From assembly GCA_002189035.1 (NCBI GenBank), contig NEEC01000002.1, positions 5,890,001-5,954,000 on the forward strand: a stretch of DNA of 64,000 bases, read 5' to 3'. A program made the position numbers and the translations under genes. Under the pieces are notes generated by a model that saw only the letters and a program-made list of their open reading frames with translations, searched no databases and was not told the origin of the DNA. Below are positions 25,695 through 35,832 of this stretch, one piece after another (the stretch's first letter is position 1; the number at the start of each line of letters is the position of its first letter). The DNA comes from Utricularia gibba. Lineage: Eukaryota > Plantae > Magnoliophyta.

Positions 25695-27065
25695 TCAGAA
25701 TCCATATCCCCAATGGTTGTGGTGTTGTCTCTTTGTATTTTCAATCCCTTTATCGCAATAAGAACCCTCCAAGTTCTCGTACAGAGAACTTGTTCCTGGA
25801 TGATCATCATGATTGATGGTAGCTGGGTTCTCCTTGCTTTTGTTGTTTCCTCTTGTCACGTAATGATCCCATTTCTCCTTCCACATTATCCCATTTCGTT
25901 GATGACCGAAAGTTGCCATCTTTCTTGCTACCTCCTCCCACAGCTCCTCTTCTGATAAAACCCCATCTTCTCCACCGGCCCTCATCCCGCTCCGCACCTG
26001 AATCAGCCTCCACATCTCGTATTCCGGGGACTTATCGGCGCCGGAATGTTGCTTGGTGGCTGCCTGGTGAAAGGCTTCCATTAGAGCTGCATCTCTGGCC
26101 TCAATCCATGACTTCTCGTTGGCCCAGTAAGTGTGCTCCCTTTCTATCCTTGCTGCGTCTTGCTTTCTCCATTCTTCTTCTCTTAGCATTCTTTCGAATT
26201 CCCTTTTTTCTATGGTTTTCACCACCTTCGCCATCCACATCTCCTGCTTCTCGATCACACTCGTCATCTGTTCATCGATGAAGTTCATGATCTTGTTCTC
26301 TATGCTTCTCTTCACACGCCTTTTCTTCCCCTTACGATCCTCGTTTTGTTTCTGAACGTCGCTCCAACCTGATGAAATCTCGACGAGATCGCAGTAGTTG
26401 GATTTGTGCTCCGAGTATGGATCCGTGTAGATGTCGTTGTTGAAGTAGCCGAATTCCATGGAGGCTGATTTGCTTGCTCCCCCATACAGAGCTTCAAGCT
26501 GTCCAAAGAACTTGTAATGCTTCCCTTCTTGCATCCTGCTGTTGTCTAACCTAGTTTTCTTGTAATACTTGTAGAGATTCTCCAGCTTCTCTCTGCATTT
26601 TTTGCCGCTTCTCTGATACCCATATTCTTCCAGCATTATCCTGAAAGCAAAAGGAAACAATTTGAGCTCATAAACCCTAGTTTTCAGAGCTCAGAATCAC
26701 GATCATTGTGCCCTAAAACTGTTGTTTCCTATTAATGCGTGTTGCAGAGACTGGCCGTGAAAACAAGAAAGGAAGAAGGGTTTGTTTGACAAGCCTTGAG
26801 ACTTCCTCCCAGAGAGGTGCCTTGCGGTGATTCGCCTCCCTGAACTTGCTATCCAGCCTGGTTCGGACTTCAAGGAGGCTAAGCGTCTCCTGCGTCCGCC
26901 ACCGTCCGATCCCGGCATCCCCCACCTCAACCGCGCTTCCGCCGCAGCTGGGAGGCATTCCGATGCTGCGAGGGTAGGGGTCGAACATGAACTCCGGTTG
27001 GAAGAACGACCTCCGGTGAAGATGTAGTGCCGGGGGTCCGCCGCCGTGCTGTAATCATGTTCCAT
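25695..27065 (-). CDS. Trihelix transcription factor, PETAL LOSS-like (GT-2 clade); 5' end uncertain (26988, or 27065 with a frameshift)
   Basis: GRWRTQETLSLLEVRTRLDSKFREAN..LWEEVSR|IMLEEYGYQRSGKKCREKLENLYKYYKK..YKFFGQLEALYG, a coiled coil REEEWRKQDAARIEREH..W, and a degenerate second trihelix LWEEVARKM..KEKWD. Confidence 0.85.
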
Positions 27066-27341
27066 TCCGGCAACTAGTCTCCGGTGGAAGGTGTGCTTTT
27101 GAATGGCGTCCTCCTACTCCACACCTTATCTCCTTTTTAAAAAGAGACCTCCACCTGGTTTGACCAGCCAACCCCATCACCATCATGTCGGTGATCTGAA
27201 TAAGTTATATCACGTTTTGAAATAATTCTTTTTTACCTGGTGAATGCAGAGTTTCGGAAGAGGAGAAAGACAAGAGATGTTCAATTAATCTTAAACTTTT
27301 AAAAGAACATTAATGAATCAAGTGATGATTTCAGGGATATT

Positions 27342-27395
27342 TTGCCCTAATCCGCCATTCACGGTGGCTGTTGCCCTAATCCGCCATTCATGGTG
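27342..27395. repeat. Two-copy direct repeat, 25-nt unit with 29-nt period
   Basis: TTGCCCTAATCCGCCATTCAYGGTG at 27342-27366 and 27371-27395. Confidence 0.85.
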
Positions 27396-28321
27396 TCCGA
27401 GTGGGCCTGGTACAACGTTGGGATTGCATGGCTTTCGTACGACTGGATTTTGATTGGCGGGGCGCATTGGTCCCATCCGCAGGCTGATCAGGTGCTGCGT
27501 CGCTCTGAATCTCATTCATGTATCATAACCACACACGAGCGCCATTCCCACTACTCCCATCCTGCACACGCTCCAACGCACTCCCCCTCCATTTCCCCCT
27601 TGCAGTTAATTCAACAGAAATCCACCCCTTCTCACCCTTACTTCTCAATATAACCAGCACCATTCATTGTTGAAATTTATGATATGATTGATCGTACCAG
27701 CACACATCAAGTCTAACTATATAAGAAATATGAATCATATTAAAAAATTTAAGTTCAATTGATTACTAATGATCTATAATATCTTATATAATTTTATTTG
27801 CATTCCGTCAGAAATCTAGCCCTTCTCATGGATACAAGCTTCTTCACCATCATCACATCATTATTAAAACTAAAGATATAATGGGATGTGCAGACGTGAA
27901 CCTCAATTATATAATAAACATGAATAACATTAGAAAATATTATATTCATCTTATTATTAATAATCCATAATCTTTTATATACTTGATTATGATTTTATTC
28001 TAATTTCATCATCAGCGAGTTGGTATAGCAGATCTCGTGTGGAAGGAAGAGATGGTTAGTGATTTGAATGAGCATGCAAAGGAAAGGATGGGGGGCAGTG
28101 ATGGTGAAAAGCACTAGACAGGAGGGGTATTATTGTGGTGGTGGTGGGGCAGTGAACAATCACTAGATGGCGATAAATGCAGATGGGATGCTACTCATCT
28201 GCTGCCAGGAGAATAGATAGCTTAGTCTTAAGTGTCTCTCCTATTTCCCCCCCTAGATTCTTGTTCATGGTCCCAACTCAACTCATCATCCATCCTTGTG
28301 AATTCCTTCTTCCCACACATC

Positions 28322-28450
28322 ACAAACCCAACCCAACAATCATCATCTTCTTCTTCTTCTTCTTCCGCAGACAAACAAAACAACAACACCCTACCATGCT
28401 GCATTAACAATGAAGCAGCAGCAGCAGCAGCAGCAGCAGTAGCAGGAGCA
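28322..28450. repeat. Microsatellite cluster (ATC/CTT/CAA/GCA triplet repeats)
   Basis: (CTT) run at about 28347-28365 and (GCA) run at about 28415-28438, among others. Confidence 0.8.
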
Positions 28451-29136
28451 GTCTGAACTGTGTGTACAAAAAGAGGAAGAAAAAGAAAAACAATGCGGTG
28501 CATTTATTCTAGTACTGAGAAAAAGGTTTCATCTTTGGCCTAGTAGAGACAAAATCTTAGAAAACCTGACAAAGTGTCACATGCACATTTGGAATCGGGT
28601 ATTTAAAATAGTCGCGTATTTGAAATATGTCCCAATTATTTACTTGTCGGAATTGACATGAGCTCTGTCATGTCTCTTGCTTCTTTCCTGCGCAGTACTT
28701 GTACTAGGATTTTTTATTGTTCAGTAGTTTGCCCTTACAAGGGCTGGGCTTTAAGAGCCTCCTCCTAGAATTTTACTTATTGCGCCTCACTAATGGGCTG
28801 GTGTAGCAAGTGAGAGCTAAGTTGCACCAGAATGAGTGGAGGTGTGAAATTTGGGGTGGTGCAACATTCATTGATTGATTTTAGGAATCCTATTTGTAGG
28901 ATGTATTAAAAGTAAGTTATTTTAAAAGATATACATATTATATAAACACAATATAATTACAAGTAAAATAAAATTAACTTATCAAATACAATAATTAACT
29001 TAAAAAATCATGCACTTTGCATGTACCCAATATATGATTTCCCGCCAATTGTAGGGAATCATGCAATCTAGAGAGAGATGGAGAAATCATGGCACTGGTG
29101 ATGCGGTAGCATAATTATCTAATGGAATAAATTTAA

Positions 29137-29348
29137 GTAGTGTTTCGAAAATTTTTTTAAAATTATTTTAGAAAAATAAAAAAGAAATAAAATTAACATA
29201 TTAATTACTTTTCCAAAAACAATTTTTTTAATATAATTTCAGAAGTATTTTTAAAATAATTACTTTTTATAATTAATATTATTTTAGAATAAAATTATTT
29301 TTATTTTTTGAAAAATAAAAATAGATTTCAAAAATTTTCCAGAATATT
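29137..29348 (+). mobile_element. Tourist-like MITE, family A copy (degenerate)
   Basis: Follows TAA. Left end GTAGTGTTTCGAAAATTTTT; right end AAAATAGATTTCAAAAATTTTCCAGAATA. Both resemble the 37289-37523 element. Confidence 0.5.
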
Positions 29349-29421
29349 AATTTAGTACTTTACCAATAAGCAATCTTGTATATTTGAAGTTTGAAAAATC
29401 AGGATTGGGACTGGTTTGTTT

Positions 29422-31977
29422 CTATCTCCATGAGCCAAAATCCACAGACTGTAAAGAAATGTTTCCAAGAAACAAGTCCGAGACATGGCGTTTGCAGAGC
29501 CCGATTCTTCTCCTATGCAGACTTGGATGAATGGAGCTTGCGAACCCCGTTTTCCAAGAAGGGAACCTCTGTCTCTCCATAACATGTAGTGCATAAACAC
29601 ATGAAGCAGAAGACGAGCATCCCACAACGAAGCAGTAGCAGGGCCTCGACTCACTCACCTTTCTAGCTAGTGACAAACAGCAAAGACCTCCATAGTTTAT
29701 TCCGTACGTCAATGTGCCATCAAATGATGCAGATTCTTGAGAAACAAGCTCTTCTTTTGCTTCTGCAAGTTCGAGATCATGAGCACAAGGGATTCTGCTA
29801 AGCTCCCAGTCGAATTTCTTCTCTATGATTGCTTCATGGAGTCTGTACTTGGAAGCTAATGTTCTGATGCATGACAAGCGCACTTGGTTGGTGATGATCT
29901 GCTTTACTTCATTGAAGTTATCATGTCGTCTGTACCATCTCAGCCATCTGGTCACGATCCCAACATGCCAATCGATGATTTGATCATCGTCTAGGAAGAT
30001 TAGCATGTGGCAGGTTCGAGCATATCCTTCCCTGTAAGTCAGCCCATATCGATGGAGGCGCTTCATTATGACTTTAACAGGAGCCAAAATTTCTGTTTTG
30101 GCAACCGGTTCCTGTGGCTTACCGGAGTTTGGTAAAAGAGCAAGCAAGGAGGCTGTCTCAGAAACAATGTATTCTCTGGCCTGTTTCTGAAATTCGTAGA
30201 AAGACTCAGTTAATTCTTGGGGAAGAGCCGGTTCCACAACATGCTTAACCAGTGTCATTTCTTCAGTCTCCATATTTTTTGTACTCACGTCTTGGAGCCA
30301 TATTTTTAGTAATTCTTTGTACCAGTGATCAGTTCTCATTCCAGCTTTACGATAGCATGAAATTTGGTGTAAGAGCGAGTTAGGGTCGACTAAATGCTTG
30401 ATCTCAGACTCCTTGACTTTCTTCAGGCCATGAGCTAGCCACTTCTTAGCTATTCTCGCAGCCCCGGCATTCCAAATTTCCTGTTTCTGTTCAGTGAACA
30501 TCTGAATCTTGTCCTTCAACTTGTGAACAGAAACTACAGCTTGAGTTTCCTTCAGATGACATTTAATCAAAGTACCGAGGAATCTAATGCCAGAGTTACT
30601 ATGGCATGCTAAGATCTCAGATTGGTCGTCAACAGCCAGGTGAAGAGAATCATTTAAGTACCTTTGAACGTCCAACTTCAGGGATAAAGCAACTTCTCGT
30701 GGACCTGAGATGGCGAAAAAGATCTCATCCATGAAACGAACACAATGCACCCTCACATCTGAGTTCCTCCTCGTAGTAGGCAGAATGATACCATTTATCT
30801 GTCTTCTGAACCAGCCACGCAGCTTGGAATTTGTTCCATTATCTTCATCACCATGGTGTTCCAATATTTCATAACTCATTGAGAGCCGGTATACCTCACG
30901 GTCAAAGAGATCAAGATATATGTTCATCAATACTGGCGACAGTATCCCTTCTTGTGGGAGACCCTGTCCCTTGGCAAACCCACCAAACTCCAAGTTGAGA
31001 ACCTTGGCATCAAACATTTTTCCAAGCATATCACACAAACTAGGATCATCTATCTTTTCCTCAATTGCAGATAGCAGCTTTCCAAGGATTTGGGCATCAA
31101 TCTTTTTATTGAGAACTACAGTGAACCAGAAATCAGGATTTGATATCTCGTTACGTATATATTTCAATGCCGACCAATGCCCCCTCCCACTGCGGAGACC
31201 ATGAGAAATCTTAGAAAAATAAGGCCTATAAACAACTTCCAGAACTATTCTGATTGCCTCTTGTACAACTCTAAGTTTCAAATTTGGAAAAACAAGTTCT
31301 TCCTTCTCTACCTTAGATCCTCGGGTAGATATTGAATAGGTGTTACTTTCGACATTGAAGTTACCTTCAGATATCTCATCTGCAAGAGACTGAAAGCACA
31401 ATTTATCTCCTTCAGATGCTAAATCTACATTTGAGGCAACCCTTATACAGTCATATGCATCCCTTAGAACGGTTGCATCAGCAATGACTTTCATCAAGAG
31501 GTCTCTAAACTTCCCTTCTTTGCACTGCTCTTTTACCTTCTTTTTGACACGCATCTCAAGCGACCGTTTGACCTCAATACGGTTTTTCGGTTTTGATCTT
31601 TTGATATCATCATCATAAGATTCTTGAATAGATGATGCTAAATCCATAGCCAAAGAACCCCTCCCCTTCTTCCCTTCACCATATCCAATTGTCTCGGCTG
31701 GACAAATCAAGGAATCTTTCATTAAGTCTGCCAAATTCATTGCCAGAGATGCTTTATCCATTTTATTACCAACAGGATGTGCATTTTGTGCCTCCCCAGT
31801 TGAATATAACCTAGCAGGCAAGTGTGTCATACCAGATTGCCCTAAGAAGATACGGCTATTAGTACATATATCAAAGATAAAGCTCAACAAAAAGAGAAAT
31901 AAAATGTATGTACCAGTCCCCAAAATGAAGCTAACTTCATTGAGAGAAAGTCTTCTGAGCAGTAGACGAGATTTCAT
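29422..31977 (-). CDS. nMAT3: Nuclear-encoded group II intron maturase (RT, X and degenerate En domains), nMAT3-like, mitochondrial
   Basis: 851-codon ORF with maturase RT blocks (LVFPNLKLRVVQEAIRIVLEVVYRPYFSKISHGLRSGRG, GLPQEGILSPVLMNIYLDLFD, VRFMDEI, IRFLG), an X domain (RLSCIRTLASKYR) and C-terminal PCYCFVVGC..GLCKRH..LQSVDFGSW. Probable 72-nt in-frame intron at 31842-31913. Confidence 0.88.
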   Translation of the reverse strand: MKSRLLLRRLSLNEVSFILGTGTYILFLFLLSFIFDICTNSRIFLGQSGMTHLPARLYSTGEAQNAHPVGNKMDKASLAMNLADLMKDSLICPAETIGYGEGKKGRGSLAMDLASSIQESYDDDIKRSKPKNRIEVKRSLEMRVKKKVKEQCKEGKFRDLLMKVIADATVLRDAYDCIRVASNVDLASEGDKLCFQSLADEISEGNFNVESNTYSISTRGSKVEKEELVFPNLKLRVVQEAIRIVLEVVYRPYFSKISHGLRSGRGHWSALKYIRNEISNPDFWFTVVLNKKIDAQILGKLLSAIEEKIDDPSLCDMLGKMFDAKVLNLEFGGFAKGQGLPQEGILSPVLMNIYLDLFDREVYRLSMSYEILEHHGDEDNGTNSKLRGWFRRQINGIILPTTRRNSDVRVHCVRFMDEIFFAISGPREVALSLKLDVQRYLNDSLHLAVDDQSEILACHSNSGIRFLGTLIKCHLKETQAVVSVHKLKDKIQMFTEQKQEIWNAGAARIAKKWLAHGLKKVKESEIKHLVDPNSLLHQISCYRKAGMRTDHWYKELLKIWLQDVSTKNMETEEMTLVKHVVEPALPQELTESFYEFQKQAREYIVSETASLLALLPNSGKPQEPVAKTEILAPVKVIMKRLHRYGLTYREGYARTCHMLIFLDDDQIIDWHVGIVTRWLRWYRRHDNFNEVKQIITNQVRLSCIRTLASKYRLHEAIIEKKFDWELSRIPCAHDLELAEAKEELVSQESASFDGTLTYGINYGGLCCLSLARKVSESRPCYCFVVGCSSSASCVYALHVMERQRFPSWKTGFASSIHPSLHRRRIGLCKRHVSDLFLGNISLQSVDFGSWR

Positions 31978-32526
31978 CGAGCATCATGAATTCTAACACT
32001 GCACATTTCCTTAATCAAAGTCATATATCCTGGAAAATCTCCACTCTTAGTCAGCTCCATCAATATCACTGGTGACGGAAAGAAAGCGTTAAAATATGCA
32101 CGATACAACAGAAGAAAGAGCACATTACTGAATACAAAGTCACAACGATACTGACCAAAACTGCGCCTGTGATGCTCAGAGAAACACAAACATAACCAAA
32201 ATAAAAGAAAAAAACTCAACTACGGCTAAAAAAGCGGCCTTCAGGAGATTTGCCCAAGTAAGTTAATCTAAAGCATCACCTAAACAAAAATGCCGAACTC
32301 CAGTTGGCGCGTGAAAGCAAAATTGAAGCCAGAAAGTCCCTGGGGAATGCAACTGGAAGTCCGGCCACCTGAACAAAACTCCCTTTTATTGGGAAAGGAG
32401 TAAAGAAACCAAAAAGTGTAGAAGATAAACTGCGACATTCATCGTAAAGGTTGGACTATTCACCTCAAAACTGGCTAGGCGATCCCAAATCGCCATGGAA
32501 GCTCCGGTAGAAGCTCCTTCAAGATT

Positions 32527-32712
32527 TGGGCCAGCTAGTTTAAAAAAAGCATGGCCCAGTACCTCCTTCCTGGGCTGGCCCTATTGATATCTCAAACAAC
32601 CAGTGTCCCCGATTTGGGATTAGAGAAAAATATTGGGGCATTTTCGAAATAGTTTCCATTTCTGGGGCAGAAATGGAGAATACCATTACTATATAAATGG
32701 CTTAACCCTAGA
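32527..32712. promoter_or_regulatory. Site II (TGGGCY/GGCCCA) cluster, TATA box and telo-box-like motif in the divergent nMAT3/RPS17 promoter
   Basis: TGGGCC, GGCCCA and TGGGCT between 32527 and 32581; CTATATAAAT at about 32690; TAACCCTAG at about 32703. This combination is typical of plant ribosomal protein promoters. Confidence 0.6.
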
Positions 32713-32785
32713 AGTCGAGAAACCCCAATTATCGAGGACTCGCCGCCGCTGTCGCTGCCGCCGTATCCTTGCAGCCACTGCGACA

Positions 32786-33214
32786 ATGGGCCGTGTGCGA
32801 ACGAAAACTGTGAAGAAGTCGTCTCGGCAGTTGATCGAGCGCTACTACTCGAAGATGTCCCTGGATTTTGACACCAACAAGAAGATTCTCGACGAGGTTG
32901 CTATCATTGCTTCAAAGCGCCTCCGAAACAAGATTGCTGGATTTTCCACTCATCTGATGAAGCGAATCCAGAAGGGCCCCGTTCGCGGTATCTCTCTGAA
33001 GCTACAGGAAGAGGAACGTGAACGGCGCATGGATTTCGTGCCGGATGAGTCCGCCATTAAGGTTGATAACATAGAGGTAGATCAGGAGACTCTCGATTTG
33101 CTTGAGTCACTGGGTATGAAGGATCTTCCTGGCGTTGGGCTTAAGGAGGATCAGGGACCTGTGAACATTGCGCCACCGGTGAACTACGGCCGTGGGGGTG
33201 GGAGGCGTTACTGA
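32786..33214 (+). CDS. RPS17: 40S ribosomal protein S17 (eS17), intronless
   Basis: [61 protein letters not shown]. The true start is ATG 32786; the ORF-track extension upstream is spurious. Confidence 0.98.
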   Translation: MGRVRTKTVKKSSRQLIERYYSKMSLDFDTNKKILDEVAIIASKRLRNKIAGFSTHLMKRIQKGPVRGISLKLQEEERERRMDFVPDESAIKVDNIEVDQETLDLLESLGMKDLPGVGLKEDQGPVNIAPPVNYGRGGGRRY

Positions 33215-34011
33215 AAAAGTTGTGTGACTATGTTCTATGTCTCAGTGTTTTTTTTTTCATGCTGTCTTTGCAATTTCCTGTTTTCAAGCCACTGAATTTT
33301 TGCATTTGGAGACTATGATTCAGTTTATATTTGTTCTGGGTCGTTGAACATCAATGCCGTTGCCCGAATCTGTAGCAATTTCTTGGTTTACCTCGTGATA
33401 CCGAGTGTCTTGATAGATATGTTATAATGCGTTCGCAGTTCTATACTTTTTCATGATGACAGGGCCAATGGGTTCAATTAATATGTCATTTGCCTCGGTT
33501 TCCTCTCTGCGGATGGCTAATGCTAGAAAGATCACACTCCTTTTTATCAACTTCAGTTCGTGATACTGTCTATCTTTCTAGAGATTCTATCTTAGGTTTC
33601 ATTTTGCTGCTGGGAAATGCTAAGGAGTGTTTCAGCACTTCTCTATAATAGAAATGGGACTTGTTTTGATTACTTTGTGATACAAAGAAATGATATCTTC
33701 GGTTTATATCAATCCTGTGATACCCATTGTGTTCATATGCCTCTTTCTTCTGTGCTGATTGGAAAAATGTGGATTTGGTTGGAACTGAAGCCCGTATTGC
33801 GTTCCATCATGACAAGAAAACAGTATCATTTGAGCCACTCTGTTCATGGTTCTTTTTTGGTGGTAATGTCATTCAAGCATTCAATTGAAATAGATGAACT
33901 TTGAATGTTTCGGTGACAAGGTTCTATTCCTAAAAACTCTTATTGTAAGATGCCTACTACACTCGAAAAGGGTAGCAATGCAAAAGTCTGCGCGAGTAAG
34001 CAGCGAGGGTC

Positions 34012-35832
34012 TCACTCAAGCAGCCCTCTATGCCTGCACCATGACACTGCAATAATGTAGAGCACAAGACAGAATGTGAAGGTGATGGTGCACACTAACG
34101 CAAAGTTTCTGTTCCCGTTAGCATTATCGTTGAAAACGGGGATCCTGATGTTCATCCCCATGATTGCAGTGACGACGATGAAGATGCTCAGCATGAATGT
34201 TGCAGTGGTAAGCAAAATCCCCATCTGCAGCAGCTGGTTCTGCTTGTCATCAAGCATTATGTTGATGTAGTCTTCTGTGTCGTCCACATACTCCTTCAGC
34301 TTACCAAAGAGACATGATCCGAGTTAGAGAAACAGCAAAGAATAAGCGGCCACACAGCATGTTCAGAGCAGATACATACTGTTGATAACTTGTTGAGAAT
34401 GCCCTCGATCTGAATGAAGTATGCTTCCAGCAACATTTCCAGCTCCTCAACATCATAGCGCATGCTCATGGCACTCTGCATAGTGTTGAGTGTTCGCTGG
34501 CTGCCTCTGCTGAAAGCAGTGGAAGCACCAAGAACCTGCTCTTCACCCCTGTTGTTGCCATTAGGTTCAGACAGTATGCCCGCACCTGCCCTGAAAGTTT
34601 TTGAAACCACATATTCATTGGAGGTGATTGCTGCTTATTGAAAGCACATATTCTGGTCACACATACCTATCCACCATGTCTGGATCATCAACATCTCCCT
34701 CGTCGTTCGTTGCGGATGAAACGGAGGAATTATCGAGCTGTTCTTGCAGTTTTTCGGTTAGATACATCTCTGCCATGTCCTGATCATCATCAAGCAAGTG
34801 CTCCAACTCATCCCTTACCTGGTATGTATCCCAAGCAAGACATCAAAAGCTTAGGATTCTTAGAACATATGTGAAAGTGGGTAAAAAGGAGCAGCTTGAA
34901 CCTTCTGCACACGGCCAGTAATCGCAACGAGACGGCTCTTGATCTGTCGAACGCATTCCAGGTTTAGTGTGCTGATTTCCGTGGTTAGTTTATCCAGTGC
35001 AGAGTGAGCTTCTAGCTCAAGGGTCCTTGCCTGGCTTGGTAAACAAAAACAGAGCAGCTGTGAGAATGAGCAACAGGAATTCCTTACAGAATTCTCAGCC
35101 AAAGAGGGATGTATACTTCAGTCTCCAAGCATCCACAGGCAGCTTCAAGACAAGCTTCCAAGGTAACAAACTCAAAAGGCAGTAGCTTTGGACCACGCTG
35201 TTTGTTCAGAGGGTCTCCAGTGTCTTGTTTTTTTTGCAGATCTTCCGCGCTCAGAAAACTGTTGCAGTAGGATTCAGGGCTCCCCGGTGCAGACTCTGGA
35301 ACACCAAAACCGTGCAGGTTTGTGTAATCCGAGGTTCCATTTTCCTAAGCCATTCATTCATCTTAGCATCAGAATAATCATAAGAGAAAAGGGAGCACGA
35401 GAGAAGAAGAAAACAATCTCAGAACCTGGGAATTAACAGCATGTTGACGGCGCGAGATCCTTGCTTTGATCTCATCAACAAAAGGAATTACAGAAGGGTC
35501 TTTGAAATTCAGCAGTAGAACTTCTTGCGCAGTGATAATAGCCTTAACATGCTCCAAATTGATCACAATGGCACTCTCACGCCCCAGCACAGTTGAAGGA
35601 TAAGATAACAGGGGATCAAGAATCCTGAGGTCCCTCGCCGGCAGCCCCGTCCGCCGCATGATCGCATGTTTCCCGGCCTCCACAACATGTGCCTCCCCCT
35701 CCATGTCCACCACCAGCCACGGTCGCACCCCGCCGTCTTCTTCCGTGTTGCCGTGCCCGGAACATGCCGGAGAAGCGGCTCTTCAGGGGTGGTCTCTTCT
35801 CCCGGAGAATCGGCAGGGCCCCTCCTAATCAT
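34012..35832 (-). CDS. MRS2: Magnesium transporter MRS2/MGT (CorA family, MRS2-3-like), copy 1; GMN intact but with a 1-bp frameshift near the N-terminus
   Basis: RKKTAG/VRPWLVVD..GKHAIMRRTGLPARDLRILDP, LPFEFVTLEACLE, LELEAHSALDKLT, LLDDDQDMAEMYLT, VEELEMLLEAYF, DDTEDYINIMLDDKQNQLLQMG, MGMNI. The frame changes at 35728-35731. Confidence 0.88.

Noticed and set aside
29422-31977. Interpretation as a mobile group II intron, LINE or novel retron-like RT system
   Set aside because: The C-terminus and degenerate RT motif fit the known nuclear maturase family, and there is no flanking ribozyme, ORF1 or TSD.
32633-32785. Apparent 51-aa N-terminal extension of RPS17 (likewise 43204-43455 for the PUB gene and 19014-19193 for DUF1992)
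   Set aside because: These extensions run through TATA/promoter or leader sequence; family homology begins at the internal ATG.
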